A DNA stretch of 56,978 bases, taken from a virus. Its lineage: Duplodnaviria > Caudoviricetes. Positions 24,809 through 34,980 of the stretch are shown here, piece after piece. The notes below the pieces were generated by a model, which saw nothing but the letters and a program-made list of their open reading frames with translations, was not told the DNA's origin and did no database searches. Position 1 is the stretch's first letter. Each line of letters starts with the position of its first letter. A program made the translations under genes and the position numbers. The stretch is from positions 1 to 56,978 of the IMG/VR virus record IMGVR_UViG_3300034102_004028. One strand, given 5' to 3'.

Positions 24809-25447
24809 ATGGCAAATTATTTTTACAATTTCCCCAAAACGATTTACAGTCTCAATGATTCATCATCATTGGATAGAATAACAAACTTGATGGCTTCTTT
24901 TTCATTTGATGAAGCATTGACTGAAAATTCAATATTGTATTATGAGTACACCGTTCCTGATGGTGAGACTCCAGAAATATTGGCTCATAAATTATATGGT
25001 TCTTCTGAGGACCATTGGATTATTTTGAAGATGAATAACATTATGGATGTCAAAAAAGATTGGCCTCTGGACCAAAGAAGTTTGGCCGCCGCAATTGATG
25101 ATAAGTATGCTAATAATGGAATCTCTCAAAGTCAGACAGGTTACCAGTGGGCGTTTAATAACACGCACTCATACTACAAAATAGAAACAAGAACTTTGGT
25201 CACTTCAGGTGAAAAAGTTACAGACATAATTCAAGTCGATGCAAATACTTTTGCAAACATAACAACGTCATCTGTAATGTATACTTTACCTGATAGTAAT
25301 GTGTTGAAGATTGACACTTCAAGAAATGCAAAAACTTATTATGAATATGAAGTTGAACAAAATGAGAATAAAAGGAACATAAAAATTTTGAAAGAAGAAT
25401 ATGTTCCTACCGTGAAAAATGAATTTATTGGGACTATAAATGTCTGA
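24809..25447 (+). CDS. gp53: baseplate wedge gp53
   Basis: YF..FP, YTVPDGETPEILAHKLYG...HWII, DWPL, YEYE...NENKRNIKIL. Confidence 0.9.
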   Translation: MANYFYNFPKTIYSLNDSSSLDRITNLMASFSFDEALTENSILYYEYTVPDGETPEILAHKLYGSSEDHWIILKMNNIMDVKKDWPLDQRSLAAAIDDKYANNGISQSQTGYQWAFNNTHSYYKIETRTLVTSGEKVTDIIQVDANTFANITTSSVMYTLPDSNVLKIDTSRNAKTYYEYEVEQNENKRNIKILKEEYVPTVKNEFIGTINV

Positions 25448-26765
25448 TAGTAATGTAATTAGCAATTCTCAGTTTAAGATAAAAAAATTAGCTATCGTAT
25501 CCAAAATCGGACCGATAGACATTTCTGCTATCTTTGAAGAATTGAACATCTATGATTGTATTTTCAATCCTTGCATAACTGGAAATATTTTAATAAAAGA
25601 TTCTATTGGTCTATCAAACAAGTTATCGTTTGATGGTTCTGAAGTCTTAGTTATTGAAATGGGTAAGACTGACAAAGAAGCTATTTTCAGAAAATCTTTT
25701 AGAATATACAAACAATCAGAAAGAAAATCCCTTAACGTCACATCTGAAATTTATTTGTTGCATTTCGTCTCCGATGAATTCATATTATCTCAACAAACAA
25801 AAATTGCAGAGTCTTTCAAAGAAACATATTCAAAGGTAGTTGAAAAAATTCTGAAAGATAAACTCGGTGTACAAAATGACATGATGGGTTATTTTGAAGA
25901 ATCTGAAGGCATTAGAAACGTATTAATACCAAATAAGAGTCCATTTGATGCGATTAAGTTTTGCTCAAAGAGAGCATTAAATAAAACAAAATCGCCGACA
26001 TTTTTATTTTTTGAAAATAAGATTGGTTATAACTTCGTAACTCTTTCAACTTTGATATCGAAAAAGCCCGTACATGACATTAATTTTCAGATTAAAAATT
26101 TGTCTGATGATAGTAATGAATTGATGGGCGCAATTAAGTATGAAGTTATTTCACAGTTCGATTTAAATAAAAGTATAAAGTCTGGGCTTTACGCCGGCAC
26201 TTTTGTTGGTTATGATTTAGTAACTCAAAGCATCGGTGTTAAAACTTCAAATTATGATTCGCTTTATGGTAAAAATGCTATTGCAAATAAAACACCAAAC
26301 ATTGGAGTCATAACCAACAAATTTGGTTTGAAGAATACTGAAATGTATGATTCTAGGGTTGTTGTTTATCCTATGGACGCTTTTGGTGAAAACAGTCAAT
26401 ACATTAAAGAGAACTCACCACTATCGATTGATGCCGCTGAAGATACATACAATTATATACTTCAACGAGGTGCATCATTTAGAAACATTTTAAATCAAAG
26501 AATAAAAGTGTTGATGCCAGGTAATTTTGACCTGACTTCTGGTCTTACTGCAAATTTATTGATTCCGGCCAGAGGAGAAAAGGCAAGAGGAATTGATGAT
26601 ATTGATTATTCATTAAGTGGAAAATATTTGATTATTGCGTCAAGACATATGATTACGTATCACAAACACGAAACAATTATCGAAGTTGCTACGGATTCTA
26701 ATAATAGAGAATTCGTCTACAGAAGCACTGAGACACAGAACGATTATATGGATTTTTATGGATAA
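25440..26765 (+). CDS. baseplate hub protein (gp27-like position)
   Basis: ELNIYD.IF.P.ITG...I.DS, FLFFENK.GYNF, YSLSGKYLI...RH; lies between 53 and 5. Confidence 0.6.
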   Translation: MSDSNVISNSQFKIKKLAIVSKIGPIDISAIFEELNIYDCIFNPCITGNILIKDSIGLSNKLSFDGSEVLVIEMGKTDKEAIFRKSFRIYKQSERKSLNVTSEIYLLHFVSDEFILSQQTKIAESFKETYSKVVEKILKDKLGVQNDMMGYFEESEGIRNVLIPNKSPFDAIKFCSKRALNKTKSPTFLFFENKIGYNFVTLSTLISKKPVHDINFQIKNLSDDSNELMGAIKYEVISQFDLNKSIKSGLYAGTFVGYDLVTQSIGVKTSNYDSLYGKNAIANKTPNIGVITNKFGLKNTEMYDSRVVVYPMDAFGENSQYIKENSPLSIDAAEDTYNYILQRGASFRNILNQRIKVLMPGNFDLTSGLTANLLIPARGEKARGIDDIDYSLSGKYLIIASRHMITYHKHETIIEVATDSNNREFVYRSTETQNDYMDFYG

Positions 26766-27900
26766 AGATGTTCATCTATATGAGTTAAACGCTTCAAGAC
26801 AACAGATTGGTTTTGTCTTGTGGCATGGCATTGTTGAAGATATTTTTGACCCACTAAAAAATGGTCATGTTCGTGTCAGAATCATAGGCTTTCATAATTT
26901 AGACCGAGTTAAGATGCCAACAGGTACTTTACCTTGGGCAACAGTGATTAAATCGACTACTGGTTCAACTCAAACACCCAACCTTCAAATCGGAGATTGG
27001 GTTACAGGATATTTTCTTGATGGAGCTGATGCACAGAAACCAACAATATTAGGAAAATATGATGGTATTAGGTCGGATAGAATTGATAGTTTCTATCGAC
27101 AATCTGAACCAAAATCTGGATTCAGTGCTTTAATTTCTTCACCTTTTGCTGAACTGACAAAAGAACAAGAAAAGATGTTGAGGTCGTATCCGAAACCTGC
27201 AACTAATGTGAGATTTACGGACCGACCAACAATGCCTCTTTTGGGTCAAGGAATTGTTAGAGGAACTGCTGTTGATATTGCAAATAAAAACAGAGTACAC
27301 GTTTGTGATATAAGTCAATCAATGAGAAGGGCTGCGTCAGCGGCAAGACTAGCGTTTTCAGTTTTGATGCAAGGCATTCGTGCAGGCATTCGTGCAATTT
27401 TGAAGGCGTTAGGTTTCTCACCTGAAAGTGAATCAGCAAGATTTATTGAAATAGCTAAAAAAGTTCTTAGAGGAATAAAATGGCTACAATCTATTATTGA
27501 TGACATTAAAGATGCTGCCGCTGTTCTAGTTTACTATGCAAAAATAGTTCGTGCGATGATTGATTGGATTTTAAGTCTTCCAAAAGCTTTAGCGAATTTT
27601 CTTGCAGAATGTTTAAGTGAATTATTGGCTTCTTTAGGTAGTGGGTTTTCTGCTTTGACTGACATTACGGGATTTACTGATTTGAATAGTTCGATACAAG
27701 TTGTTACCGATATTGCTGAAGCAAGTAAAAAACTTGCAAACGATACATTAGGATTGCTAAATGTTCCTGGCCAAGTTGTAGACGCTTTGACCGCACCTTC
27801 TACTTCTACTACGCGAGATGCTGCCGCCGGAGCTGTAGCAACATTTGTTTCCAAATTTTCAACCTCAAACAATGCGACAAGCACTATAGCGATACCATAA
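26758..27900 (+). CDS. gp5: gp5 N-terminal OB-fold protein with helical C-terminal extension
   Basis: W.GIVED..DP...G.VRVRI.G.H, LPWA, GDWV.G.FLDG.DAQ.P.ILG; ATG 26758. Confidence 0.8.
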   Translation: MDKDVHLYELNASRQQIGFVLWHGIVEDIFDPLKNGHVRVRIIGFHNLDRVKMPTGTLPWATVIKSTTGSTQTPNLQIGDWVTGYFLDGADAQKPTILGKYDGIRSDRIDSFYRQSEPKSGFSALISSPFAELTKEQEKMLRSYPKPATNVRFTDRPTMPLLGQGIVRGTAVDIANKNRVHVCDISQSMRRAASAARLAFSVLMQGIRAGIRAILKALGFSPESESARFIEIAKKVLRGIKWLQSIIDDIKDAAAVLVYYAKIVRAMIDWILSLPKALANFLAECLSELLASLGSGFSALTDITGFTDLNSSIQVVTDIAEASKKLANDTLGLLNVPGQVVDALTAPSTSTTRDAAAGAVATFVSKFSTSNNATSTIAIP

Positions 27901-27902
27901 TC

Positions 27903-28820
27903 ATGGCAGTAACACAAACTTTTGCAGACGGCTCATACACACAAACTTTCGAAGATGGTTCAACAGTAACCATGGATGCGGAAGGAAATTTTACTTCCAC
28001 TCCAGCAACAAAACCGGAAGGTGATTACTCTTGGTCGGAACCAGAATCTGAAGCAAGCGTTGATAATCCCCCTGTTTATCCCTATAATAACGTTACACAG
28101 ACCGCTTCTGGTCATACGTTTGAAATGGATGATACCCGTGGACGAGAAAGAATTCGACTACAACATGGTGGTGCAAAAACGGGTGGACAAGGTTCCTTTT
28201 TCGAAATGCAGTCTAACGGAGACAAAGTAGAAAAAATCATTGGAAAAAATTATCAAATTGTTGCCAAAGATAACAATGTTTTGATTAGTGGTGTCTGTAA
28301 CATTACTATTGAAGGTGACTCAGTTGTACATGTCAAAGGCAATAAATTTGAAAGAATTGATGGTGATTATGTTCAAGAAGTCCGAGGCAGATACACACAA
28401 AATTTGAAGGGTAAAGCAAACATCATTTGTTCAGATGATATGGTTATGGGTGTAGGTACACCAGGTTTAGGTTCTTTAAGACTTTCGGTGGGTGACCATC
28501 TTTATTTGGATTCTGATTTGGAAGTTGCAGGCTCATTAACTGCCGACATGGTGACTGCTGAAACAAAAGTAAATGCAGGAACTGGTATGACTGCCGGACC
28601 TTTAGGTTTTGCCACGCTACTAGGTGGTGTTTCTGCTGGTTTACCTGTAGCCGTGCCCGGTTTAGTCAACGCATTGGTTTCTGTAAATGCTCCGTTGATA
28701 AATGGAGTTATTGTTAAGGACATTCAAGGCACTATGATGGGAATGAGAATGATATATAACTTTCATAAGCATCCAGCACCAAAAGGTATAACTGGGCTTC
28801 CTATCAAACCTATGTTATAA
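27903..28820 (+). CDS. gp5 C-terminal beta-helix spike protein
   Basis: PVYPYNNVTQT.SGH.FEMDDT...ERI...H, beta-helix repeats, terminal HKH. Confidence 0.82.
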   Translation: MAVTQTFADGSYTQTFEDGSTVTMDAEGNFTSTPATKPEGDYSWSEPESEASVDNPPVYPYNNVTQTASGHTFEMDDTRGRERIRLQHGGAKTGGQGSFFEMQSNGDKVEKIIGKNYQIVAKDNNVLISGVCNITIEGDSVVHVKGNKFERIDGDYVQEVRGRYTQNLKGKANIICSDDMVMGVGTPGLGSLRLSVGDHLYLDSDLEVAGSLTADMVTAETKVNAGTGMTAGPLGFATLLGGVSAGLPVAVPGLVNALVSVNAPLINGVIVKDIQGTMMGMRMIYNFHKHPAPKGITGLPIKPML

Positions 28821-28831
28821 TGGAGAAGTGA

Positions 28832-29680
28832 ATGTCGAGTATTTTTGGACGATTAAATTTTAATTTTGATGAGACAAAATTCGGAGATTCGATTTATCTA
28901 ACCGATGAGGCTAAAAATTATTTAAACACTGCACCCACAGAATTAAAAACTTGGCAATTGAATGATATTGCGAATGGCAATATTCAAATGACGGATTACT
29001 ATAAAAATCCTCTTATCAATGTTGCGAATCAATTGAAAAGCAATATACAAAATTTAAGCATCGTTTTATCTACCATTGAGTTTTATGATAATATCGTTCA
29101 ATCAGCAAATTTAATATCCGGTGTTGCCAATCTTATTATTGAAATAGAGAGTTTTAAAAGTCATACAAACAATGTATCTGGAGTAAACACTGCGGTTTCT
29201 TCAACAAACGAATTGGGCACCGATGCTTTGCATTTTCCTGATTATGATAATGCTGTTAACTTAGGACAACAACTACTATTGTTAGTCAATGAATCGGACG
29301 GAGTACAAAATTCAACTCCACTTTTGGGTAGCATGACAAGTCTGTTCATCGGTGATGAATTGATTTCTAACACCACAATTTTAGTTAATGATTTTTTGAC
29401 AGTAAATAATAGTCTGAGACTTGGTGCTCCAGAAAATAATGTCTACTGCAACTTGACTTCAACTCAGGTAAATACAATTCTCAGTCATGTAACTACAGCG
29501 AACACCTTAATTGCTGGTAGGAGAGAACATGATTGGAATTTTTATCGACAAGGACTGTCGATTTTAGATGATTATTTTAAAGTTGAAAAATTAACTAGAA
29601 CTGGTAATACTCAAAACTATCTTGTTAATAATTTAATTGGAACCGACAGATATAAAAACAACCTATCAGGTAACACCTAA
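28832..29680 (+). CDS. hypothetical virion protein
   Basis: 282-aa Asn-rich ORF between the gp5C and gp25 genes. Confidence 0.7.
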   Translation: MSSIFGRLNFNFDETKFGDSIYLTDEAKNYLNTAPTELKTWQLNDIANGNIQMTDYYKNPLINVANQLKSNIQNLSIVLSTIEFYDNIVQSANLISGVANLIIEIESFKSHTNNVSGVNTAVSSTNELGTDALHFPDYDNAVNLGQQLLLLVNESDGVQNSTPLLGSMTSLFIGDELISNTTILVNDFLTVNNSLRLGAPENNVYCNLTSTQVNTILSHVTTANTLIAGRREHDWNFYRQGLSILDDYFKVEKLTRTGNTQNYLVNNLIGTDRYKNNLSGNT

Positions 29681-29686
29681 TAAATA
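29679..29686 (+). promoter_or_regulatory. late promoter-like element
   Basis: AATAAATA before gp25; similar NATAAATA at 34968, 42588, 47246, 50732 (+) and 22975-22982 (-). Confidence 0.5.
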
Positions 29687-29690
29687 AGAC

Positions 29691-30095
29691 ATGGCAACTG
29701 TAGTCGCACAAGTAACAAGAAAATATAAAGACCTGGACTTAGCATTTACGATGCATCCAGTCAGAAAAGACGTAAACAAGCATGTTGATGACTTGGCGGT
29801 TATTAATTCCGTAAAGAATCTTATTTCAACTTCTCGATATGAAAGACCGTTTCAGCCACAGTTAGGTTCTGGTGTCAGAAACTTGTTGTTTGAACAAATG
29901 GATTCTGTTACTGCCGCCGCACTAAAAAGAGAAATAATACAGACTTTGGAAAATTTTGAACCTAGGGTAGTCGTTCAAGAAGTTGCAATTTCTCCAGATT
30001 TCGATAATAATGGATTTAAGGTCGGCATGAGATTCTTGATAATTAATAGAACAGAACCAATAACAATACAATTCTTCCTACAACGAGACAGATAA
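29691..30095 (+). CDS. gp25: baseplate wedge gp25
   Basis: YKDLDL.F..HP, SVKNLI.T...ERPFQP.LGS, FEPRV. Confidence 0.93.
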   Translation: MATVVAQVTRKYKDLDLAFTMHPVRKDVNKHVDDLAVINSVKNLISTSRYERPFQPQLGSGVRNLLFEQMDSVTAAALKREIIQTLENFEPRVVVQEVAISPDFDNNGFKVGMRFLIINRTEPITIQFFLQRDR

Positions 30096-30098
30096 AAA

Positions 30099-32171
30099 AT
30101 GGCTGACCGTTTAAATGTAACTGAGTTAGATTTTGACTCAATAAAAACAAATTTAAAAAATTATCTTAGACAACAATCTGAGTTTCAAGACTATGATTTT
30201 GAAGGCTCCGGTTTAAGTGTCTTACTGGATATCCTTGCATACAATACGCACTACAACGCATATTACTTGAATATGGTTGCAAATGAATCTTTTATGGATT
30301 CAGCCGCACTTAGAAATTCTGTTGTTTCTCATGCTAAAAGAGTTGGTTACACACCGCGTTCCGTTTCTTCACCTAGAGCCGTTGTCAACGTTACTGTTCA
30401 AACCAACAATTCAACTCCAGGCACTTTGACTATTCCTAGAGGATATTCATTTTTATCTTCACAAATTGATGGCACCTCATACAGATTTGTTACTTTAGAA
30501 TCTTTTTCGACAACTAAGACAGGTAACAATTTCATATTTACTTCTATTCCGATTTATGAGGGACAATTTTCTTCTTACTCATATACAAACAGTTATTCAA
30601 ATAATCCAAAACAACTGTTTACAATACCCGATTCGAATGTAGATACTAACACACTTAAAGTTAGTGTGAGACAATCTTCTTCAAATACACAAACAATTGT
30701 TTATACAAAAGCAACGGAAGTTTTGAACCTTACTTCGACTTCAACTGTATATTATTTGCAAGAAGGAAGAAACGGTCAATATGATGTTTATTTTGGTGAT
30801 GACATTATCAGCAAAAAAATTCCAGATGGAGGTGTTGTAACCTTAGAATATTTGATTTCAAATGGCACTGAAGCAAACAGAGCAAACAATTTTACATCCA
30901 CACTTTCCATTGGTGGTTATTCTGCGATTGCAGTAAATCCAATTGCACCCGCATCTGGCGGTTCTGTTAGAGAGAGTGTAGACCAAATTAAATTTTCTGC
31001 CCCACTAAACTTGTTGTCACAAAATAGAGCCGTTACCAAAAACGATTACATCAAAATTATACAACAAAAATATCCTTCGTTTGAAGCGGTGAACGTTTGG
31101 GGTGGTGAAGAAAATGACCCACCAGTTTATGGTAAAGTTTTCATTTCGGCTAAACCTAAATTAGGTTTTGAAGTTACTGATACAGAAAAAGACTTCGTTA
31201 AAAACACTATTCTAAAACCAATAAGTGTTTTGACAGTTACACCTGAAATTGTTGATATCGATTACAATTACTTAAAAATAAATTCTACTGTTTTCTACGA
31301 AAGAAGTAAACTGAATGTATCAGATTCTGAATTGAAGAATGGTCTCAAAACAACAATCGAAAATTATTGTGCGACAAACTTAAATAAATTCAATTCTTAT
31401 TTTAAATATTCTGGGTTAGAAACAGTTGTTGATAACTACAATACAGCCATCGTTTCAAATGAGATAGAGTTGTTTGTGGCTAAAAAATTTAGACCGGCAT
31501 TAAATCAATCTGACAGTTACATGTTAGACTTCGGTTTCGAACTAAATCGAGGAACAACAAGTGATAACTTCTATTCGTCACCAGACTTTACTGTTATAGA
31601 TGAAGAAGGTGTTTCGCGTAAATGTTTCTTTGAAGAAATTCCTTCTTCATTCACCGGCTTAGAGTCGGTAACTGTTACTAATCCAGGTTTTGGATATACT
31701 ACAACACCAACTGTTACCGTTGTTGGTGACGGTACTGGTGCAACAGCAAGAGCAGTTATCGTCAATGGAAAACTATCCAAGGTTGAAGTATTGACACCTG
31801 GAGTTGGTTACACTACGGCAGCAATTCAAATTACTGGTGGTGGAGGAAGTTTGGCCTCAGCTTCTGCGGTTTTAGAGGGAAGATATGGAAAGATTAGAAT
31901 TTCATATTATAAAACAGACGAGATAAGCAGTCAAAGTACAAAAGTTGTTATCAACAAAAACAAAAATGATGGTGTCGTTGGTACAATCGATTACTTGCTA
32001 GGTAAAATTACAATTAATAATTTCCAACCAACCTCAGTGAATAATTCATTTGGTGACATTATGATTCATATCAGACCAAAAATCAATATCATACAATCTA
32101 AGTTAAATAAAATGCTTGTTTTGGATGCGGAAGACCCAACAAGTGTAACTATTAAAACAGTCATCATCTGA
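30099..32171 (+). CDS. gp6: baseplate wedge gp6
   Basis: ELDFDSIK.NLK.YL..Q.EF.DYDFEGSGLS.LLD.LAYNTHY, QNRAVT..DY, WGGEEN.PP.YGKVFI. Confidence 0.95.
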   Translation: MADRLNVTELDFDSIKTNLKNYLRQQSEFQDYDFEGSGLSVLLDILAYNTHYNAYYLNMVANESFMDSAALRNSVVSHAKRVGYTPRSVSSPRAVVNVTVQTNNSTPGTLTIPRGYSFLSSQIDGTSYRFVTLESFSTTKTGNNFIFTSIPIYEGQFSSYSYTNSYSNNPKQLFTIPDSNVDTNTLKVSVRQSSSNTQTIVYTKATEVLNLTSTSTVYYLQEGRNGQYDVYFGDDIISKKIPDGGVVTLEYLISNGTEANRANNFTSTLSIGGYSAIAVNPIAPASGGSVRESVDQIKFSAPLNLLSQNRAVTKNDYIKIIQQKYPSFEAVNVWGGEENDPPVYGKVFISAKPKLGFEVTDTEKDFVKNTILKPISVLTVTPEIVDIDYNYLKINSTVFYERSKLNVSDSELKNGLKTTIENYCATNLNKFNSYFKYSGLETVVDNYNTAIVSNEIELFVAKKFRPALNQSDSYMLDFGFELNRGTTSDNFYSSPDFTVIDEEGVSRKCFFEEIPSSFTGLESVTVTNPGFGYTTTPTVTVVGDGTGATARAVIVNGKLSKVEVLTPGVGYTTAAIQITGGGGSLASASAVLEGRYGKIRISYYKTDEISSQSTKVVINKNKNDGVVGTIDYLLGKITINNFQPTSVNNSFGDIMIHIRPKINIIQSKLNKMLVLDAEDPTSVTIKTVII

Positions 32172-34972
32172 TGGAAAACGTTCTATTATCAAGCATAGTT
32201 TCAAACCAATTACCTGATTTTATCAGAAGTGATTACCCAAAATTCGTCACATTTTTGGAGAAATATTACAAATGGCTTGAACAAATCAACCGCGTTTCTT
32301 ATGGTATAGATGCGCTAAAAGACTCTTATGATATTGACTACTCTGATAGTTACTATCTCGATTTGCTCAAAAAAGATTTGTTACCTTATTTTCCTGTAGA
32401 GATACAAGCCGATAAGAGACTGTTTTTAAAACTAGCAACAAATCTATACAAATCAAAGGGTACTGAGAACTCAATTAAGTTTCTTTTCAGAGCATTGTAT
32501 AATGATGAAATTGAAATCTATTTGCCGAAAGAAGATATTCTAAGAGCATCTGATGGTAAATGGACTCTACCTCTTGCTTTGCGTATCGATACTGATGATA
32601 ACAATATTTTTAATATTGCTAATACTCTCATTGTCGGACAGATTTCCAAAGCAACCGCGGTTGTCGAAAAGGTTATTCGTTCTGTTGACCGTCAATTAGG
32701 TATTTCTTATATCGAAGCATATGTTTCAAATGTTGACAGATTGTTTGAAACTGGTGAAACGCTATCTTCAACTTATGTTGATTCGTCAACTGGACTGGAA
32801 GTAACTGTCACTGGTCGATTGATTGGTTCACTTTCGGAAATAAAAATTGTACCTACCGCTAGAGGTTTGTTCTACAATGGTTATGACCCTGACACCAATT
32901 ATGACGGTGACCCAGTAAGTATTGTTGGTGGTTTAAATCCAACTGCAAACAATCCAATTGGCGCCGTAGCATATGTTGGTGATACTACGAAAGGTGGCAT
33001 CACAGACATATTGGTTATTAAAAGTGGTTTTGGTTTTAGAGACCCCGCAGTTAATATCAATTCCTCTATTGTTGATTTTAAAGGAGGATTTGAAAATGCT
33101 CCTTTGGGTTCTGAAGCAAAAGCAAACATTTCACTCTTAGATACATCGGTAGCGAGAACTATCAATATTTCTAATATGTCAGTTTCAACGCTTGATGGTT
33201 TATTCGACAATATTTCGGTAATTGAAGCTAATACGATTAGTTCAATCTCCACATATCAACCATTCACTGTATACCCAATATCATTTGTTTTGATTGAAGG
33301 TTCTGGTGGTGGTTATAGAACCAAACCTACAGTTGAAACATATAGTTTTTACAATGAGGATTTACCAGATAGTTTAATTGCTTCTTCTTTGTCGATTACA
33401 AAAGGCACAAATAAAATTTCATCAGCTTTGGTTGACTTTACTGTTTCATTGGAAGCGGGAAATTATGTTCGATTATTCATTAATAACAAATATGAAGAAG
33501 TAAAAGAAGTAACTTATGTTGACACCAATAATGTGTATTTTGCTGATAATTTCCAAAACGATAAAACAAACGTAAGTCTTTTCAAAATAAACAGAAATGA
33601 TTTATATAAAATCGGTTCAATCGGAAGAATAAACATTAATGCTGGAGGCACTGGCTACTCAAACGGCGACATATTAATATTTACTGGTGGTTCCGGATAT
33701 GGCGCAAATGGATATGTTAACGTTGGTGTCGGTGGTGTAATTACGACCGTAACAATAAACAACCATTCTACAGGTGCTTATATTATTGGTGGTGAAGGTT
33801 ATGATGCTAATAATCTACCAACAATCACTATACAATCTGCCGCTGGGGTAAATGCAAATTTAAGTGTATCTGAAATAGTTGGTGATGGTGAACAATATGG
33901 TTTAACAACATCTAGAATTGGTGCAATTACATCTTTGCGTGTTATAAGTTATGGTTACGATTATGTTTCTGCTCCTATCGTTTCTTTAAGAAATGCAGAC
34001 TTAGCAACAACTGCAATAACAGAAGGACAATTATTTGTTTCCAACACCGCAGTTTATCAAGGTACTTCAAATACCAACTTTACCTTTAAAGCGTTTGTTG
34101 ATAGTTATGATGATAACACAGGTCTTTTGAGAGTTTATGATTATAAGGGCACATTAGACACAACCAAACTACTCAAATCAGATAACGTCACAACAACAAA
34201 TGCAATAACTGCAACAGTTACTTCATCATTATTTTATGGTGATGGTAATGCAAAAGCAAATGCTAAGTTTGAAAATGGTCTGATTCGTTATCCTGGAATT
34301 TATTTAAATACAGATGGCCATGTAAGTTCCGATAAGAAACTACAAGATGGTGAAAAGTATCATAATTTCTCTTATGTCATTAAGACAAAAACAGATTATG
34401 CCAAGTTTAAGTCTGCATTGAATGATATTTCACATCCAATAGGAACCAAAACTTTTGTTGTTAAGACGGATACTAATGAAGAAGATATTGCAATATCAAA
34501 CAACACCTATTTTATAACTGTAAATGACTTGATTGATACTTTCAATATTGCATTTAATTCAAACACAATCGTTTCAACAAATGCAACGGCCAATTTGATA
34601 TCAAGTGTTAATGTTGGTGATACCATCATTCTTTCTAACGTACATAAAACTCTGCAAAATACGGTTAATGTTCTTTCTGGCTCAAATGCATTGTTTGGTC
34701 ATGCAAATAGTGTCAACTTTATCAATGACTTGCAGGAAGGCGATACGATTTATTTGTCGACCGGCAACACCGCAACAATTAAAACGGTTACAAATTCATC
34801 ATATGCTATCTTGAGTACAACAATTAACGTCACCTCAACCGGTGCTACCGTAAATGTTGTTTATTCAGAAGTTGCTTCCGCAGTTTCAGTCAATGCAAAT
34901 ACCATCATAACAAATACAAGATTTAAAGCTAATGGTAATAATTTGAGTGCAATCATCCAAAAAGTTAGATAA
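32171..34972 (+). CDS. baseplate wedge gp7-like protein
   Basis: QLPDFI..DYPKFV.FLE.YY, YKSKGT..SIKFLFR.LY, LQD...Y..FSYV, HP.G. Confidence 0.75.
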   Translation: MENVLLSSIVSNQLPDFIRSDYPKFVTFLEKYYKWLEQINRVSYGIDALKDSYDIDYSDSYYLDLLKKDLLPYFPVEIQADKRLFLKLATNLYKSKGTENSIKFLFRALYNDEIEIYLPKEDILRASDGKWTLPLALRIDTDDNNIFNIANTLIVGQISKATAVVEKVIRSVDRQLGISYIEAYVSNVDRLFETGETLSSTYVDSSTGLEVTVTGRLIGSLSEIKIVPTARGLFYNGYDPDTNYDGDPVSIVGGLNPTANNPIGAVAYVGDTTKGGITDILVIKSGFGFRDPAVNINSSIVDFKGGFENAPLGSEAKANISLLDTSVARTINISNMSVSTLDGLFDNISVIEANTISSISTYQPFTVYPISFVLIEGSGGGYRTKPTVETYSFYNEDLPDSLIASSLSITKGTNKISSALVDFTVSLEAGNYVRLFINNKYEEVKEVTYVDTNNVYFADNFQNDKTNVSLFKINRNDLYKIGSIGRININAGGTGYSNGDILIFTGGSGYGANGYVNVGVGGVITTVTINNHSTGAYIIGGEGYDANNLPTITIQSAAGVNANLSVSEIVGDGEQYGLTTSRIGAITSLRVISYGYDYVSAPIVSLRNADLATTAITEGQLFVSNTAVYQGTSNTNFTFKAFVDSYDDNTGLLRVYDYKGTLDTTKLLKSDNVTTTNAITATVTSSLFYGDGNAKANAKFENGLIRYPGIYLNTDGHVSSDKKLQDGEKYHNFSYVIKTKTDYAKFKSALNDISHPIGTKTFVVKTDTNEEDIAISNNTYFITVNDLIDTFNIAFNSNTIVSTNATANLISSVNVGDTIILSNVHKTLQNTVNVLSGSNALFGHANSVNFINDLQEGDTIYLSTGNTATIKTVTNSSYAILSTTINVTSTGATVNVVYSEVASAVSVNANTIITNTRFKANGNNLSAIIQKVR

Positions 34973-34980
34973 ATAAAAAT

